Shown: piece after piece, positions 55,291 to 64,000 of the stretch
Position numbering within the stretch: position 1 is the stretch's first letter
How the letters are laid out: each line of letters starts with the position of its first letter
Program-made: the position numbers and the translations under genes
Source of the DNA: a virus
Virus record (IMG/VR): IMGVR_UViG_3300044911_002386
Location: 64,001-128,000 of that record
DNA length: 64,000 bases
Reading direction: 5' to 3' (one strand)
Notes under the pieces: generated by a model
What the model was told of the DNA's origin: nothing
Database searches by the model: none
Seen by the model: the letters and a program-made list of their open reading frames with translations, nothing else

Positions 55291-55886
55291 GCCTGCTCCG
55301 GCCGGCTAAAGACGCCGACATAAAACTCGCCGTTGAGGCCATCGGCATCGGCGACACCTTGAAAATGGAAGTCTGTGTGCCAGCCTGCTTCTTTGAACGG
55401 TGCCATAAGCATGGGCGCCGTGAGCGTGTGCAAATGCCCTGTGTATGGCGGCAAATTAATCCACTCAAATAGCCGTACTCGTTTGGCTACTCGGATTGAC
55501 TGCTGAAGGACGGCAGTCGGATCTTCGACGTGCTGCAAGCAGTTGTAGATCCATGCCTCGTCAAACTTGGCACCAGGAAGTATGTCGCTGAGTTCTTCCC
55601 CGCGGCAGAACACACGCGAAATAGCTGCCGCCGTATAGCCCAGCTCCAAAGAGCCGTAATTAATCGGGTCAACCGCACAGCCAAACCCGACCTGGACGCG
55701 CTGCAGAATAGAGAAGGGCCCGCAGCCAATATCGACCACAGCCAGGTCGGGAGAATCTTTGATACCCAGCCAGCCGGCAACCGTGTCGCCCTTTTTAATT
55801 TCTACACTGTACTGCTGCGGTGTGTTCAACCACCAGTCGCGCTCCCATTTCTGCGCCTTCTCCCACTCAACCTGATTGGGTCGCAT
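55287..55886 (-). CDS. Class I SAM-dependent methyltransferase
   Basis: VVDIGCGP, AVDP, NCLQHVEDP. Confidence 0.85.
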   Translation of the reverse strand: MRPNQVEWEKAQKWERDWWLNTPQQYSVEIKKGDTVAGWLGIKDSPDLAVVDIGCGPFSILQRVQVGFGCAVDPINYGSLELGYTAAAISRVFCRGEELSDILPGAKFDEAWIYNCLQHVEDPTAVLQQSIRVAKRVRLFEWINLPPYTGHLHTLTAPMLMAPFKEAGWHTDFHFQGVADADGLNGEFYVGVFSRPEQA

Positions 55887-55949
55887 GTGTACTCCGTTGC
55901 GGGGTGTGCCGTAATCTACAGCGGTCCACCCAAACTAGTCAACGGGGCA

Positions 55950-56663
55950 TTACAACTTTTTCAAGATAGCGGCTACAAGCGGATGGCGCACCACGTCATT
56001 TGTTGTGAATTTAATCGTGCTAATGCCGGCCACATCCTGAAGTCTAGCCACGACGTCGACCAGCGGCGGCGGGCTATACGGCAGGTCACTTTGAAACGGG
56101 TCACCGGTAACAATGACCTGGGTATTCTGCCCAAAGCGCGAAAGAAATAACTTGAGTTGCTGGTAGCTCGCGTTCTGCGCTTCGTCAAAAATGCAAATAG
56201 CGTTATTGAATGTTCGCCCGCGCATGTAGCACAGCGGCGCTAGCATAATGCTCTTATTGATGATTTCCCGTTTGGGGCCGCACTTACCAATCAAAGCGTC
56301 CATCGTGTCATACAACGGAGCCATGTACGGATTAACTTTCTCGCCGAACGTGCCGGGAAGATAACCCAGCCGCTCGCCCGCTTCAACGATGGGCCGCGTT
56401 AACACGATGAATTCGCGGCGCTTGTTTAATACTTCGTTGAGCGCATACGCCATAGCCAAGAACGTTTTGCCAGAGCCAGCCGACCCTAGCAAAAACGTCA
56501 TGGGGCTTTTGCTCATCGTATTCCAGGCATGCTTCTGACTGGCGTTGCGCCACTCAATAATCAGCGATGCGCTTTTGTCTTGTTTCTCCAGTTGTTCTAC
56601 TGCTTTGACTTTCCTCTTTGCTTTTCGCTCAGCCTTTCGAACCGACTTGTTGTTTGTTCGCAT
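55950..56663 (-). CDS. phoH: PhoH-family ATPase
   Basis: GSAGSGKT, LTRP, LGYLPG...EKVNPY, RGRTF, DEAQN, GDPFQSD, VVRHPLV. Confidence 0.95.
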   Translation of the reverse strand: MRTNNKSVRKAERKAKRKVKAVEQLEKQDKSASLIIEWRNASQKHAWNTMSKSPMTFLLGSAGSGKTFLAMAYALNEVLNKRREFIVLTRPIVEAGERLGYLPGTFGEKVNPYMAPLYDTMDALIGKCGPKREIINKSIMLAPLCYMRGRTFNNAICIFDEAQNASYQQLKLFLSRFGQNTQVIVTGDPFQSDLPYSPPPLVDVVARLQDVAGISTIKFTTNDVVRHPLVAAILKKL

Positions 56664-56710
56664 TGCGGCGTTCCTTGCCTATTTTTTATCGCGGCTGGTT
56701 GTGCAATAAG

Positions 56711-58537
56711 TTACCTTACCGGTGTGGGTACTTTTGTTTTTACCGGCGTGACGCTTGCTACGCTGTTCGCCGGGGCCGTTGATTGCACAGGTTGTGGCTT
56801 AATGTTTGGCTGCAGCGGCGCAGGTGGCAAATAACCGTGATGCGCCCCAACCATAGATTGAAACGGGTTCATTTTTTGCCCCGGCCGCACTGTACCTTTT
56901 CGGGTGTACAGGTTGTACAACTGCTGATCAGTGCTTTTTGGATTAAAGTGAATTCCGTGCTGCTTAAACGCGGCTTCGGCGTACGGGCGATCGAACGCCG
57001 TTTGGCTGAATTGTGATACTGGTTGTGCCGCCTTCTTCTCAGTCTTTTTTTTCTTGCTCTTACTTCCAGCCGGGCGGCACGAATTATTGCTATACGGCTT
57101 CTTCCCTGGAACCGGCTCGTAACCTTCCCAACACCGTGCGGCTTTTAAAGCAGCGTGTTTCAGTACAATTTTTTGTGCGATGTTCATAGAGGCACGTGTT
57201 TCCTTCCCTTCTGTTGGCGCGAAAAATCCTCGTTCAGCCAGTTCAGCGTGCATGGCTGCGTCAGCGGCGGCATCAGTGTCGACGCCGAAAGCATTGCCCA
57301 GTGCCATGCCCCAGCTACCTTTGCCGCCGCTTCTCGCTTCTTGCAGTCGTGCGTCGCGTTCTTTTTGTGCGGCTTGCAATGCTTGGTTGTACAAATAGCC
57401 TTGCTGCCCCGTCTCGTCATACTGTTGCTGAAGGCGTGCGAATAACGCCGCGGCTTCTTCTCGGGTCTTGGGCGCGTATTCGCCGTGCATGCCCATTAAA
57501 TAACTATTGGCAAGTTCTGGGTTGGTAGCGTGCAGTTGCCGCAACTGCTCAAACTTCGCCCGTTCAGCGTCGAGCATCCGTTGACCAACAGCCGCACCCT
57601 GGCCTTGTGGTGCCGCCTTAATAGCATCTTGAATTTTTTGCTTTACAGCCGCGTCCGCACCGGGGGCAAACATACTTGAGTCCCGGGCTTCTTCAGGAAT
57701 AGCGCCGAAAAAATTAGCAGCGTCGCCCAGCATGCGGCCCATACCAGCCTGTGTGTTTTCACCAAGCATGCCCATGGCACCGGCACCGACACCAAGAGCG
57801 CCGATGCCAAGACCGCCTAAGATCCCCATCAGCCCGTCACCCGATAAAAGACTGATTAATGCCGCAGGCACGCCGACCATAAACGCGGCCTGACCTGTCG
57901 GACCTAACCCGTCCCACATTCCCATGGCCTGGCCGTACCATGTCGGGTCTTGTGTTTTCGTAGGATCTCCGCCGGCCTGATCTGTAATAAAGTTATCGCG
58001 GGCAGGTGCGGCGGCTTCGGTGTCGCCTTGCATGACACGGCTCGCCGCATCTAACGTCTCGGGTGTGGCGGTTGCTTTAACTTGTGCTGTCACATTCGGT
58101 ACTAATTGTTTTTCAATTTCCGCTTTGGCTTCTGGTGTTTTAGCCGCAGAAAGCGTCGCCTGAGCGTGCTCGATTAACTTCGGCATCTTGTCATTAGCCG
58201 GAGACGTTTGCGGGGCTTGATTAGCCGGCTGTGTCGGGGCAGGCGTTGGTGGTGCCTGCGGCGGCTTCATAACGTTCGGTACGGGTGCCGCGGGCGCTGG
58301 TGCAGGTGCTGGTGCTGGGGCAGGCACAGGCGGCATTGGTGCTGGTGCTGGGGCAGGCACAGGCGGCATTGGTGCTGGTGCCGGCGCGGGTGCCGCGGGA
58401 GGTAAACTCGCGGCGTTATTTCCAGCACCTGCCGGCGGGGCACCTAATGGTTTGATCGGTTGTGTACCGGCAGTCGGTTGAACTACCGGCTCGGCATACT
58501 TCTCAAGACCGCGACTAAGAATCTGCTTAATCTTCAT
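56711..58537 (-). CDS. Putative internal virion protein with Pro-rich linker, glycine zipper and CWxGY motif
   Basis: EKYA, LKHA, LKAA and KKAA motifs; ILGGLGIGALGVGAG; CWEGYEPVPGKKPYSNNSCRP. Confidence 0.75.
   Translation of the reverse strand: MKIKQILSRGLEKYAEPVVQPTAGTQPIKPLGAPPAGAGNNAASLPPAAPAPAPAPMPPVPAPAPAPMPPVPAPAPAPAPAPAAPVPNVMKPPQAPPTPAPTQPANQAPQTSPANDKMPKLIEHAQATLSAAKTPEAKAEIEKQLVPNVTAQVKATATPETLDAASRVMQGDTEAAAPARDNFITDQAGGDPTKTQDPTWYGQAMGMWDGLGPTGQAAFMVGVPAALISLLSGDGLMGILGGLGIGALGVGAGAMGMLGENTQAGMGRMLGDAANFFGAIPEEARDSSMFAPGADAAVKQKIQDAIKAAPQGQGAAVGQRMLDAERAKFEQLRQLHATNPELANSYLMGMHGEYAPKTREEAAALFARLQQQYDETGQQGYLYNQALQAAQKERDARLQEARSGGKGSWGMALGNAFGVDTDAAADAAMHAELAERGFFAPTEGKETRASMNIAQKIVLKHAALKAARCWEGYEPVPGKKPYSNNSCRPAGSKSKKKKTEKKAAQPVSQFSQTAFDRPYAEAAFKQHGIHFNPKSTDQQLYNLYTRKGTVRPGQKMNPFQSMVGAHHGYLPPAPLQPNIKPQPVQSTAPANSVASVTPVKTKVPTPVR
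58305..58381. repeat. 33-bp tandem repeat x2.3 (APAPMPPVPAP)
   Basis: ggtgctggtgctggggcaggcacaggcggcatt repeated. Confidence 0.85.
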
Positions 58538-58928
58538 CGCTATCCTCAGCCGCGGGGTCGCCGTTGGAGTAGACGTCTTTGTCGTTATGGTGCGTGCTCA
58601 ACTCAAGCAGCCGCGCCTCACTTGTTGCCTTAATGCTGTGATACATTCCAGGCGGAACGTGAAACGCAGCATCCGGCCCAAGTGTTAAATTTGACGCCGT
58701 TGCAGTGTTTTCGTCATAGCCATATGTTAACACAACGTTCCCAGATTCGACGTACAGGACTTTGTCTTTAACGCGGTGATACGACCATGGCGTCGTTTTG
58801 CCCGCTTTAATGAGCAACTTTTTCCCGCAATACCGTCCGTTCCAAATCCAATCCTCGTGGCCCCAATCTTCTGCGACATAAACACGCTGCTCGGCGTTGA
58901 GAATAAACTTCTTGGCAGATTCAGCCAC
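58527..58928 (-). CDS. Cupin-fold protein (sugar isomerase-like)
   Basis: WGHE.WI...YCGK.L...YHRVKD..LYVESG...HVPPG.YH...ELSTHH.D.D. GTG start at 58928 with GAGGAG RBS. Confidence 0.85.
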   Translation of the reverse strand: MAESAKKFILNAEQRVYVAEDWGHEDWIWNGRYCGKKLLIKAGKTTPWSYHRVKDKVLYVESGNVVLTYGYDENTATASNLTLGPDAAFHVPPGMYHSIKATSEARLLELSTHHNDKDVYSNGDPAAEDSDED

Positions 58929-59136
58929 GAGTGCACTCCTCTTGGGTGTTCTGGACTTTTGACATATACGCTTGTCGTGCCGGGGCCGTCTCTTCGACAA
59001 GTTTTTTCCAGCCTGCTACCGCCGGCCGACATTCACCGCCGTCGCAGCACGTCTCGACGATGATGTGGCAAAACGGACAGACGTGTTTTGAGCGAATCTC
59101 GACTAATGCGGATTCACATGCGGGGCAAAGTGCCAT
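58921..59136 (-). CDS. Small Zn-ribbon protein
   Basis: CPAC...CPFC...TCCDG; coupled at both ends. Confidence 0.65.
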   Translation of the reverse strand: MALCPACESALVEIRSKHVCPFCHIIVETCCDGGECRPAVAGWKKLVEETAPARQAYMSKVQNTQEECTRG

Positions 59137-59762
59137 TACAGTTTAGCCTGTGCAAGAACTGAAGATGCCGGGACAGCCGACGCTATGTTTTTAACAACCT
59201 CTGTCGGTCGCGGCAATGTCGGATACAAGCCAGACGTCCATCCGCTCGGGGCGCCCGTGACTGCGTTCATAGACGGCGGTTTCATACCAACCGCGCCCCA
59301 GTTCGGGCCTTTAATTCTGTCAAAGTTTCCCGTGCCCGCCGCATATAAATCATGGGCTGCGTCTCCCGGGCCGTAACCAACTCGCCGCAGAGCCGGCTCG
59401 ACGCGCGACGAGTATGTGTGTGCGGCGTTTTGAGCCATGGCCGGCAAACGTTGCATTAGGTTTTGCCCCGCGGGTGTTTGCGAGGCTATGACGCCGCCAG
59501 TACCCGCAGTCGCCGCCGTACCGGTGCCCATGCCAGCAATCGTCGGGGCCGCAGCAACACCACCGGCCGCAGCACCTGCTGCCGCTCCAATTCCCATCGC
59601 GGCTTGGCCGGCCCGCATTAAACCCTTTTCACCGCGTTCGTAATTGCGCTGTTTTGTAAACGGGTTATACCAGCGGTCTAAGACATTACCGTAAGACCGC
59701 AAAAAACTCGGCTCGGCAGCCAGTTTTTCGCCGAGGGCACGGCCAAAAGAAAAAGCCTGCAT
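59136..59762 (-). CDS. Glycine-zipper putative internal virion protein (paralog A)
   Basis: MQAFSFGRALGEKLAA leader; shares a ~55-aa block with 59812..60627. Confidence 0.75.
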   Translation of the reverse strand: MQAFSFGRALGEKLAAEPSFLRSYGNVLDRWYNPFTKQRNYERGEKGLMRAGQAAMGIGAAAGAAAGGVAAAPTIAGMGTGTAATAGTGGVIASQTPAGQNLMQRLPAMAQNAAHTYSSRVEPALRRVGYGPGDAAHDLYAAGTGNFDRIKGPNWGAVGMKPPSMNAVTGAPSGWTSGLYPTLPRPTEVVKNIASAVPASSVLAQAKL

Positions 59763-59811
59763 GTTATTTCTGCCCAGCGATTAATTTAAATGTATTGACT
59801 GTATTCACAAC

Positions 59812-60627
59812 CTAGTGCACACCCGCATGCTCAACGCCACCGTGCCCGTGTCCGCCGCCTACAAAGTTATGCAGTGTGTGGTGTAAGCCGTGCGCCCCTT
59901 CATGCATACCTTCGTACGGCAGCGTAACGGAGTGCGGCAACAGCCCCATTAAATTACCAGACGTGTTCACCGGGTTCATGTGTTTTGCGATACCCGTGTT
60001 GGGGTCCAAGGCTTGAGCAAAAGGATGGTGCTCTATCGTCTCATGAAACTCGCGTGCCGAGTGCGGCAATTTTTTCCATAGTGTGTTCTTCAGATCATTG
60101 ACCCGCATCGCCCCGTCAGTCGCAAATCGGTTAAAAGAGTTTGCCGCACTTGAAGCCGCGTTCGCCATCGTCGGGAACATTCGCTGTGCCGTGGGACTTT
60201 GTGTCGCAGCAGCACCGCCGGCCCCTGCACCGGCTACGGTGCCTGCCGCAGCGGCATTACCGGCAAAATACGCCGGCAGGCTGCTAACTGGCGTGGCGGC
60301 CAACGTGGGCGCGGCGGCAGCGACACCACCGGCCGCAGCCCCAGCTGCAGCACCAATACCCATAGCAGCCTGACCGGCCCGCATTAAACCTTTTTCGCCG
60401 CGCTCGTAATTACGCTGTTTTGTAAACGGGTTGTACCAGCGGTCTAAAACATTGCCGTAGGACTGCATAAAACTAGGGTTCGTGCTAGCCGACGGTTTAG
60501 AACCCATTGGCTTGGGGCTCATTGGATTAGGGCCTTGAAGAGGCTTAGAGCCGCTGGTAATTAATCCGCCGGCTGGGCCAGCGGCTACTTTTTCTGCTAC
60601 AAACCGCCCAAACGAAAATGCATTCAT
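59812..60627 (-). CDS. Glycine-zipper putative internal virion protein (paralog B), His-rich tail
   Basis: MNAFSFGRFVAEKVAA leader; shared block; C-terminus HEGAHGLHHTLH...HGHGGVEHAGVH. Confidence 0.75.
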   Translation of the reverse strand: MNAFSFGRFVAEKVAAGPAGGLITSGSKPLQGPNPMSPKPMGSKPSASTNPSFMQSYGNVLDRWYNPFTKQRNYERGEKGLMRAGQAAMGIGAAAGAAAGGVAAAAPTLAATPVSSLPAYFAGNAAAAGTVAGAGAGGAAATQSPTAQRMFPTMANAASSAANSFNRFATDGAMRVNDLKNTLWKKLPHSAREFHETIEHHPFAQALDPNTGIAKHMNPVNTSGNLMGLLPHSVTLPYEGMHEGAHGLHHTLHNFVGGGHGHGGVEHAGVH

Positions 60628-60753
60628 GGTGTTGTTCCGCAATTGTATTACAGTTTGTATATCAGGTTGACACGCAACGGCACGAAGTTACGCGGGGGCA
60701 AAGTCACAGTATAGCATTCCGCGCCCCGCCAAGGGACCGTATCAGCAGCCGGA

Positions 60754-61134
60754 TTACTTAGCATAACCCGTGTCCGTTTTGTACAGGCAAAATTTGCGGT
60801 GCTTGGCCCGACGATACTCAGCCACCATCTTGCGTACTTGTAAATTACAGCAATGATAGTCCATGTAATGACCGAATACAATGTGGCAAGGATCTTTGCA
60901 CAGCGTCAGTAAATTGTCTGGGTCCAGTTCACGCTTCGGATCAAAACTCACCGGGATCACATGGTGCACGATTAAATTTTTCGTTCTCCCGCAGGCTTGG
61001 CAGCACGGCTCTTTCGCTAGATGTGCTTTCCGCACAGTAAGCCACTCACCAGCCCGTTGTCGCTGAGCAAGGATGTACCGCGGACGCCAAGACATCGGTA
61101 TCCGCTGCCACAACCATGCCAGGACGTTTTTCAT
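60754..61134 (-). CDS. HNH endonuclease
   Basis: CQACG...VHHVIP...NLLTLC..CH. Confidence 0.88.
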   Translation of the reverse strand: MKNVLAWLWQRIPMSWRPRYILAQRQRAGEWLTVRKAHLAKEPCCQACGRTKNLIVHHVIPVSFDPKRELDPDNLLTLCKDPCHIVFGHYMDYHCCNLQVRKMVAEYRRAKHRKFCLYKTDTGYAK

Positions 61135-61256
61135 GGCGGAACCTTTGTGCTGCCTTTTACATGCTTCGGCTCATAAGGACAATTAACGCATCGGCGACCA
61201 CAACAGGATTTCTTGGCCAATAAAACTTCGCGGGGCAATGGCTTGTATTTTCCCAT
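61131..61256 (-). CDS. Small Cys-rich protein (DUF5522-like)
   Basis: Not in the track; MGKYKPLPREVLLAKKSCCGRRCVNCPYEPKHVKGSTKVPP; coupled at both ends (TAATG, ATGA). Confidence 0.75.
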   Translation of the reverse strand: MGKYKPLPREVLLAKKSCCGRRCVNCPYEPKHVKGSTKVPP

Positions 61257-61606
61257 TATTTCAAGGCTTGCGTAAAGTGCTGCTCGTAGGCTGAATAAAT
61301 TTCAGCGTACGCCACACCCCACGCCGCATCATGAGATAACTTGTTGAACTGCTCGTCAGTCGTGGCGGAATCCAGCCGATGATTCCAAGCCCGTGCGTGG
61401 GCCCATTCGTGAACCAGCACGTCCATGGCTTTGTTTTCATCCAATCGAGAGTCGATCTGGATATGAAACTGTTTGCCCGTCTTCCAGCACCGACCCTCAA
61501 GCCGCGACGGAATTCGCAGGCGCCGGACTGAGACAGGGAAGCCGGCCGCAAACTTGGTCTTGAGCAGCCGCAACAATGCGTGATAATTCTTGTACCGTGC
61601 CGCCAT
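61256..61606 (-). CDS. HExxH zincin-like metallopeptidase
   Basis: VLVHEWAHA...H...WG; ATG 61606 with GGGAGG RBS. Confidence 0.75.
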   Translation of the reverse strand: MAARYKNYHALLRLLKTKFAAGFPVSVRRLRIPSRLEGRCWKTGKQFHIQIDSRLDENKAMDVLVHEWAHARAWNHRLDSATTDEQFNKLSHDAAWGVAYAEIYSAYEQHFTQALK

Positions 61607-61662
61607 ACCGCAGTCCTCCCTGACTGACGCTGTAGGCGACATCCATGCCGCCGGAGCGTTAA

Positions 61663-64000
61663 TTATAACTGGGAGGGCGTCGCTTGTCGGCCTGCCTTTT
61701 GGGCGGCGGCTTTTTGCTGTAAAAATGGGATGTTAATTTTGCTCAAATCTGGCTGAAGGTCTTTTAATGCTGGCAACGACCAGGACTCTTCATCCTCCGT
61801 GCCGCCCGACTCATTGTTTTCTGGCTTTGTCACTGGTTTACGGGTCGCCCGGCGGAGCACGCGCTTTTTCGTCTTTTTGACCTTCCCTGCCGCCGGTTTC
61901 CGTTTTCGACGGACCACCTTCTTCACGGCTTCTTCCTCGGCGGTCTGGTTGTTCATGGCACCGAGCACCCGCTGATACAGTTTTTTACCCAGTGCATTGC
62001 CGCCGTAAATACCCAAGGCGGGCAAGCCAGCATGTAAAAGCAAGTTGGCAAGACCCGGATCTTCAATTCTGTTATCGAACTTAGATATCAATTTACGTGC
62101 GTGGCCGGCCGCGGTGTTGCCGCCAAAAAATCCAAGGCCGGCGCCGGTGCCCGCCGCGAAGTTTTCTGGATTCTTGGTCAAACCGCCATAAGCAGCCCCA
62201 AGCAGGGCCGACGCGCCGAGTGCCCGAGAACCCTGCACAAGTGGATTCTTCGTGACAGCGGCTTGGTCTTTAATATTGCTGAATGTGGGTACGCCGCCGA
62301 TGACGCTGTTGTGAATATAGTTGATATACCCAGGCACGCCTTCATACACGACGTGCGGCAACGAGTCTTGAAAAAACGTTTTAGTTTGAAAACGCAATTT
62401 ATCGGCCGTCGTAGCGTTGGGGTGTTCTTTCGCATACCGGGCTACCTGCATGCTTAGGCTCGGCCAGTTGTCCTCGTGAAAAATCCAGTTCTTGCCGTGC
62501 CGATGAAAGTGCATGCCGGTATACGGATGCCGTAACGTGCGGAATTGCGTCTGCCCGCGCTCTGGCACGGCGACATACGACGGCAAAAACCCAAGTGCTT
62601 TCAAATCTTTTTCAGCAAAAGACGACGCTGGTAAAAAACTTCGCGGCAACGAGCCGATCATGTCAGAGGAAATATCTGGTGTTTTGCGGTGCTTCATTAA
62701 GGAGTTTAATAGCGTTCGGCGCGTGGCCTCTATCTGTGCAGCACGTACTGGAGGCCGCGGGACTTCTGTCGCATACGCCTTAAACACGCTATCTAAATCA
62801 CTTCGGGACGGTTTAATATCTCGGCTATTCAGTCGTTGCGGTAATTTTGATAGCCAGCCTGCAGCGCCTCGGGCAGCAGTTGCTGTTCCCCGGGCGGCGT
62901 CGCCCATTGTGTTCTTTGCGTCGCCGAACGCCTCCATGGCGTCAGCCGCTTTCTCGGCAAACCACGTAGCAACGCCGGCAACGGGATCAATGTAATTTGA
63001 GTTTTTCACGCTACCCTCTTCGCGCAGGATCTTGCGGAAGACTTCGTTCAGGCGTTCTTTATCAGCAGTTAAATGCTCTAACACTTCATCACCTGTGCGT
63101 TCGCGTTGGTAACCCATCAGTTTACCCAACCACGACGGATCTTCAGAACTAGAGATATACCGCTGCACGGCGACGTTCTTCAGTTCTTCGGGCAAGTCTT
63201 GATGGCTGTCAAATCGTAAACCCCGGCCCTTGGCTTGTTGGCTGCGAGACTCGTGCCAGTGCGGGTCTAACAGCTGTATTAAACTCGTGCCCTTGGTGGA
63301 GATACCCTCGGCTGCGGCTGGGCCTAACAGCAATGCCCGCAGTTTGCCCTCGTTGTAATCTTTGAGGGCCTGCTGGCGTTGCTTTACCGGAATGCTACCG
63401 TGGAAAATACCGTGCGGAATCTTGGCTTTCTCTAACGCCGAACTGTATGGCTTCAGGCCAGAGTCAATAAAGTTGGAATAAATGATGGCTTTTTTACGGG
63501 GGTCTGAGTCCAGCACGCCTTGCAGGTTTTTCATGGCCGTCTGTAACTTGGACGATTGCCCGAACGCGCGGCCTGGATCTTTGTCATATCGAAATGGCTG
63601 CGTAGACAACGAGACTTGGCGAAGGCCCGTGAGAAAACTATTTAACTTGGCCAATTCATCGCGGGACATGGGAAACTCTTTGTCGAGTTTCCAGAGAAAG
63701 CCCGGCGGGATCTTCGTACGAATGGCTTTCTGAATCTTTTGCTGGTCGGGCGACAGGGGCACGCGAATGACTTCTTCATTCACGTTGACGCCTTCTGGAG
63801 TCTTACTGGGCTGATAATCAATCTTGCCCCGTAGCAAACCCCGTAACTGGTCTTCGTTCTTGACAACTCCTCGCTCACCAGGCGCCACACCGCGAAACCA
63901 ATTGACCACGCCGGGGTTCACACTCTCGTAGTCAATAAAACGCTTCTCAAAGTCTTCGGGCGTAATGTTCTTGTTGTGCAGCATGCCCAGCAAGTTAGCC
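61663..64000 (-). CDS. SNF2/SF2 helicase-like protein with C-terminal extra modules (5' partial)
   Basis: HELICc motifs KAIIYSNF, LLGPAAAEGIS.KG, DPHW....QQA.GRGLRFDSH; then VKNS/EKAA linkers, an unknown domain and a glycine zipper. Frame is open to the window edge. Confidence 0.85.
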   Translation of the reverse strand, partial: ANLLGMLHNKNITPEDFEKRFIDYESVNPGVVNWFRGVAPGERGVVKNEDQLRGLLRGKIDYQPSKTPEGVNVNEEVIRVPLSPDQQKIQKAIRTKIPPGFLWKLDKEFPMSRDELAKLNSFLTGLRQVSLSTQPFRYDKDPGRAFGQSSKLQTAMKNLQGVLDSDPRKKAIIYSNFIDSGLKPYSSALEKAKIPHGIFHGSIPVKQRQQALKDYNEGKLRALLLGPAAAEGISTKGTSLIQLLDPHWHESRSQQAKGRGLRFDSHQDLPEELKNVAVQRYISSSEDPSWLGKLMGYQRERTGDEVLEHLTADKERLNEVFRKILREEGSVKNSNYIDPVAGVATWFAEKAADAMEAFGDAKNTMGDAARGTATAARGAAGWLSKLPQRLNSRDIKPSRSDLDSVFKAYATEVPRPPVRAAQIEATRRTLLNSLMKHRKTPDISSDMIGSLPRSFLPASSFAEKDLKALGFLPSYVAVPERGQTQFRTLRHPYTGMHFHRHGKNWIFHEDNWPSLSMQVARYAKEHPNATTADKLRFQTKTFFQDSLPHVVYEGVPGYINYIHNSVIGGVPTFSNIKDQAAVTKNPLVQGSRALGASALLGAAYGGLTKNPENFAAGTGAGLGFFGGNTAAGHARKLISKFDNRIEDPGLANLLLHAGLPALGIYGGNALGKKLYQRVLGAMNNQTAEEEAVKKVVRRKRKPAAGKVKKTKKRVLRRATRKPVTKPENNESGGTEDEESWSLPALKDLQPDLSKINIPFLQQKAAAQKAGRQATPSQL

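Noticed and set aside
23641-58381. Tandem repeats as a possible CRISPR array
   Set aside because: Units are 18, 21 or 33 bp (multiples of three) with no spacers and lie inside coding low-complexity linkers; no cas genes.
887-63733. Numerous plus-strand and alternate-frame ORFs in the track
   Set aside because: They overlap motif-supported minus-strand genes that are translationally coupled; typical shadow ORFs.
1-64000. Alternative genetic code (stop-codon reassignment)
   Set aside because: TAA, TAG and TGA all terminate coupled genes and long ORFs are uninterrupted under code 11; the only tRNA is not a suppressor.

Overview
This window is part of a large, contractile-tailed (myovirus-like, probably jumbo) bacteriophage genome, with essentially all genes on the minus strand in standard code 11. 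Read in the direction of transcription (right to left) it holds five blocks. (1) A partial SNF2-type helicase fusion and accessory genes: HNH, cupin, PhoH, two SAM methyltransferases, a PD-(D/E)xK nuclease, ferritin-like, HAD, an actin-family ATPase with a membrane partner, a holin-like gene and tRNA-Asn. (2) A membrane/protease cassette: matrixin with a cysteine switch plus a papain-like protease. (3) A phage multi-subunit RNA polymerase encoded as a beta + beta'-N fusion and a separate beta'-C gene, surrounded by glycine-zipper and other putative internal head proteins. (4) The head module: prohead protease, scaffold, decoration protein, major capsid protein and adaptor. (5) A MoxR AAA+/VWA island followed by the neck and tail module: sheath, tube, spike-like protein, frameshifted chaperone pair and tape measure. 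The strongest candidate for a new system is a virion cargo programme in which many proteins, including multi-enzyme polyproteins, carry K-x-A/S motifs at N-termini and domain boundaries (putative head-protease sites) alongside a minimal, non-canonical RNAP. Further candidates are a protease-based lysis cassette and two structured intergenic RNAs. All assignments come from motif reading by eye; no database searches were run.
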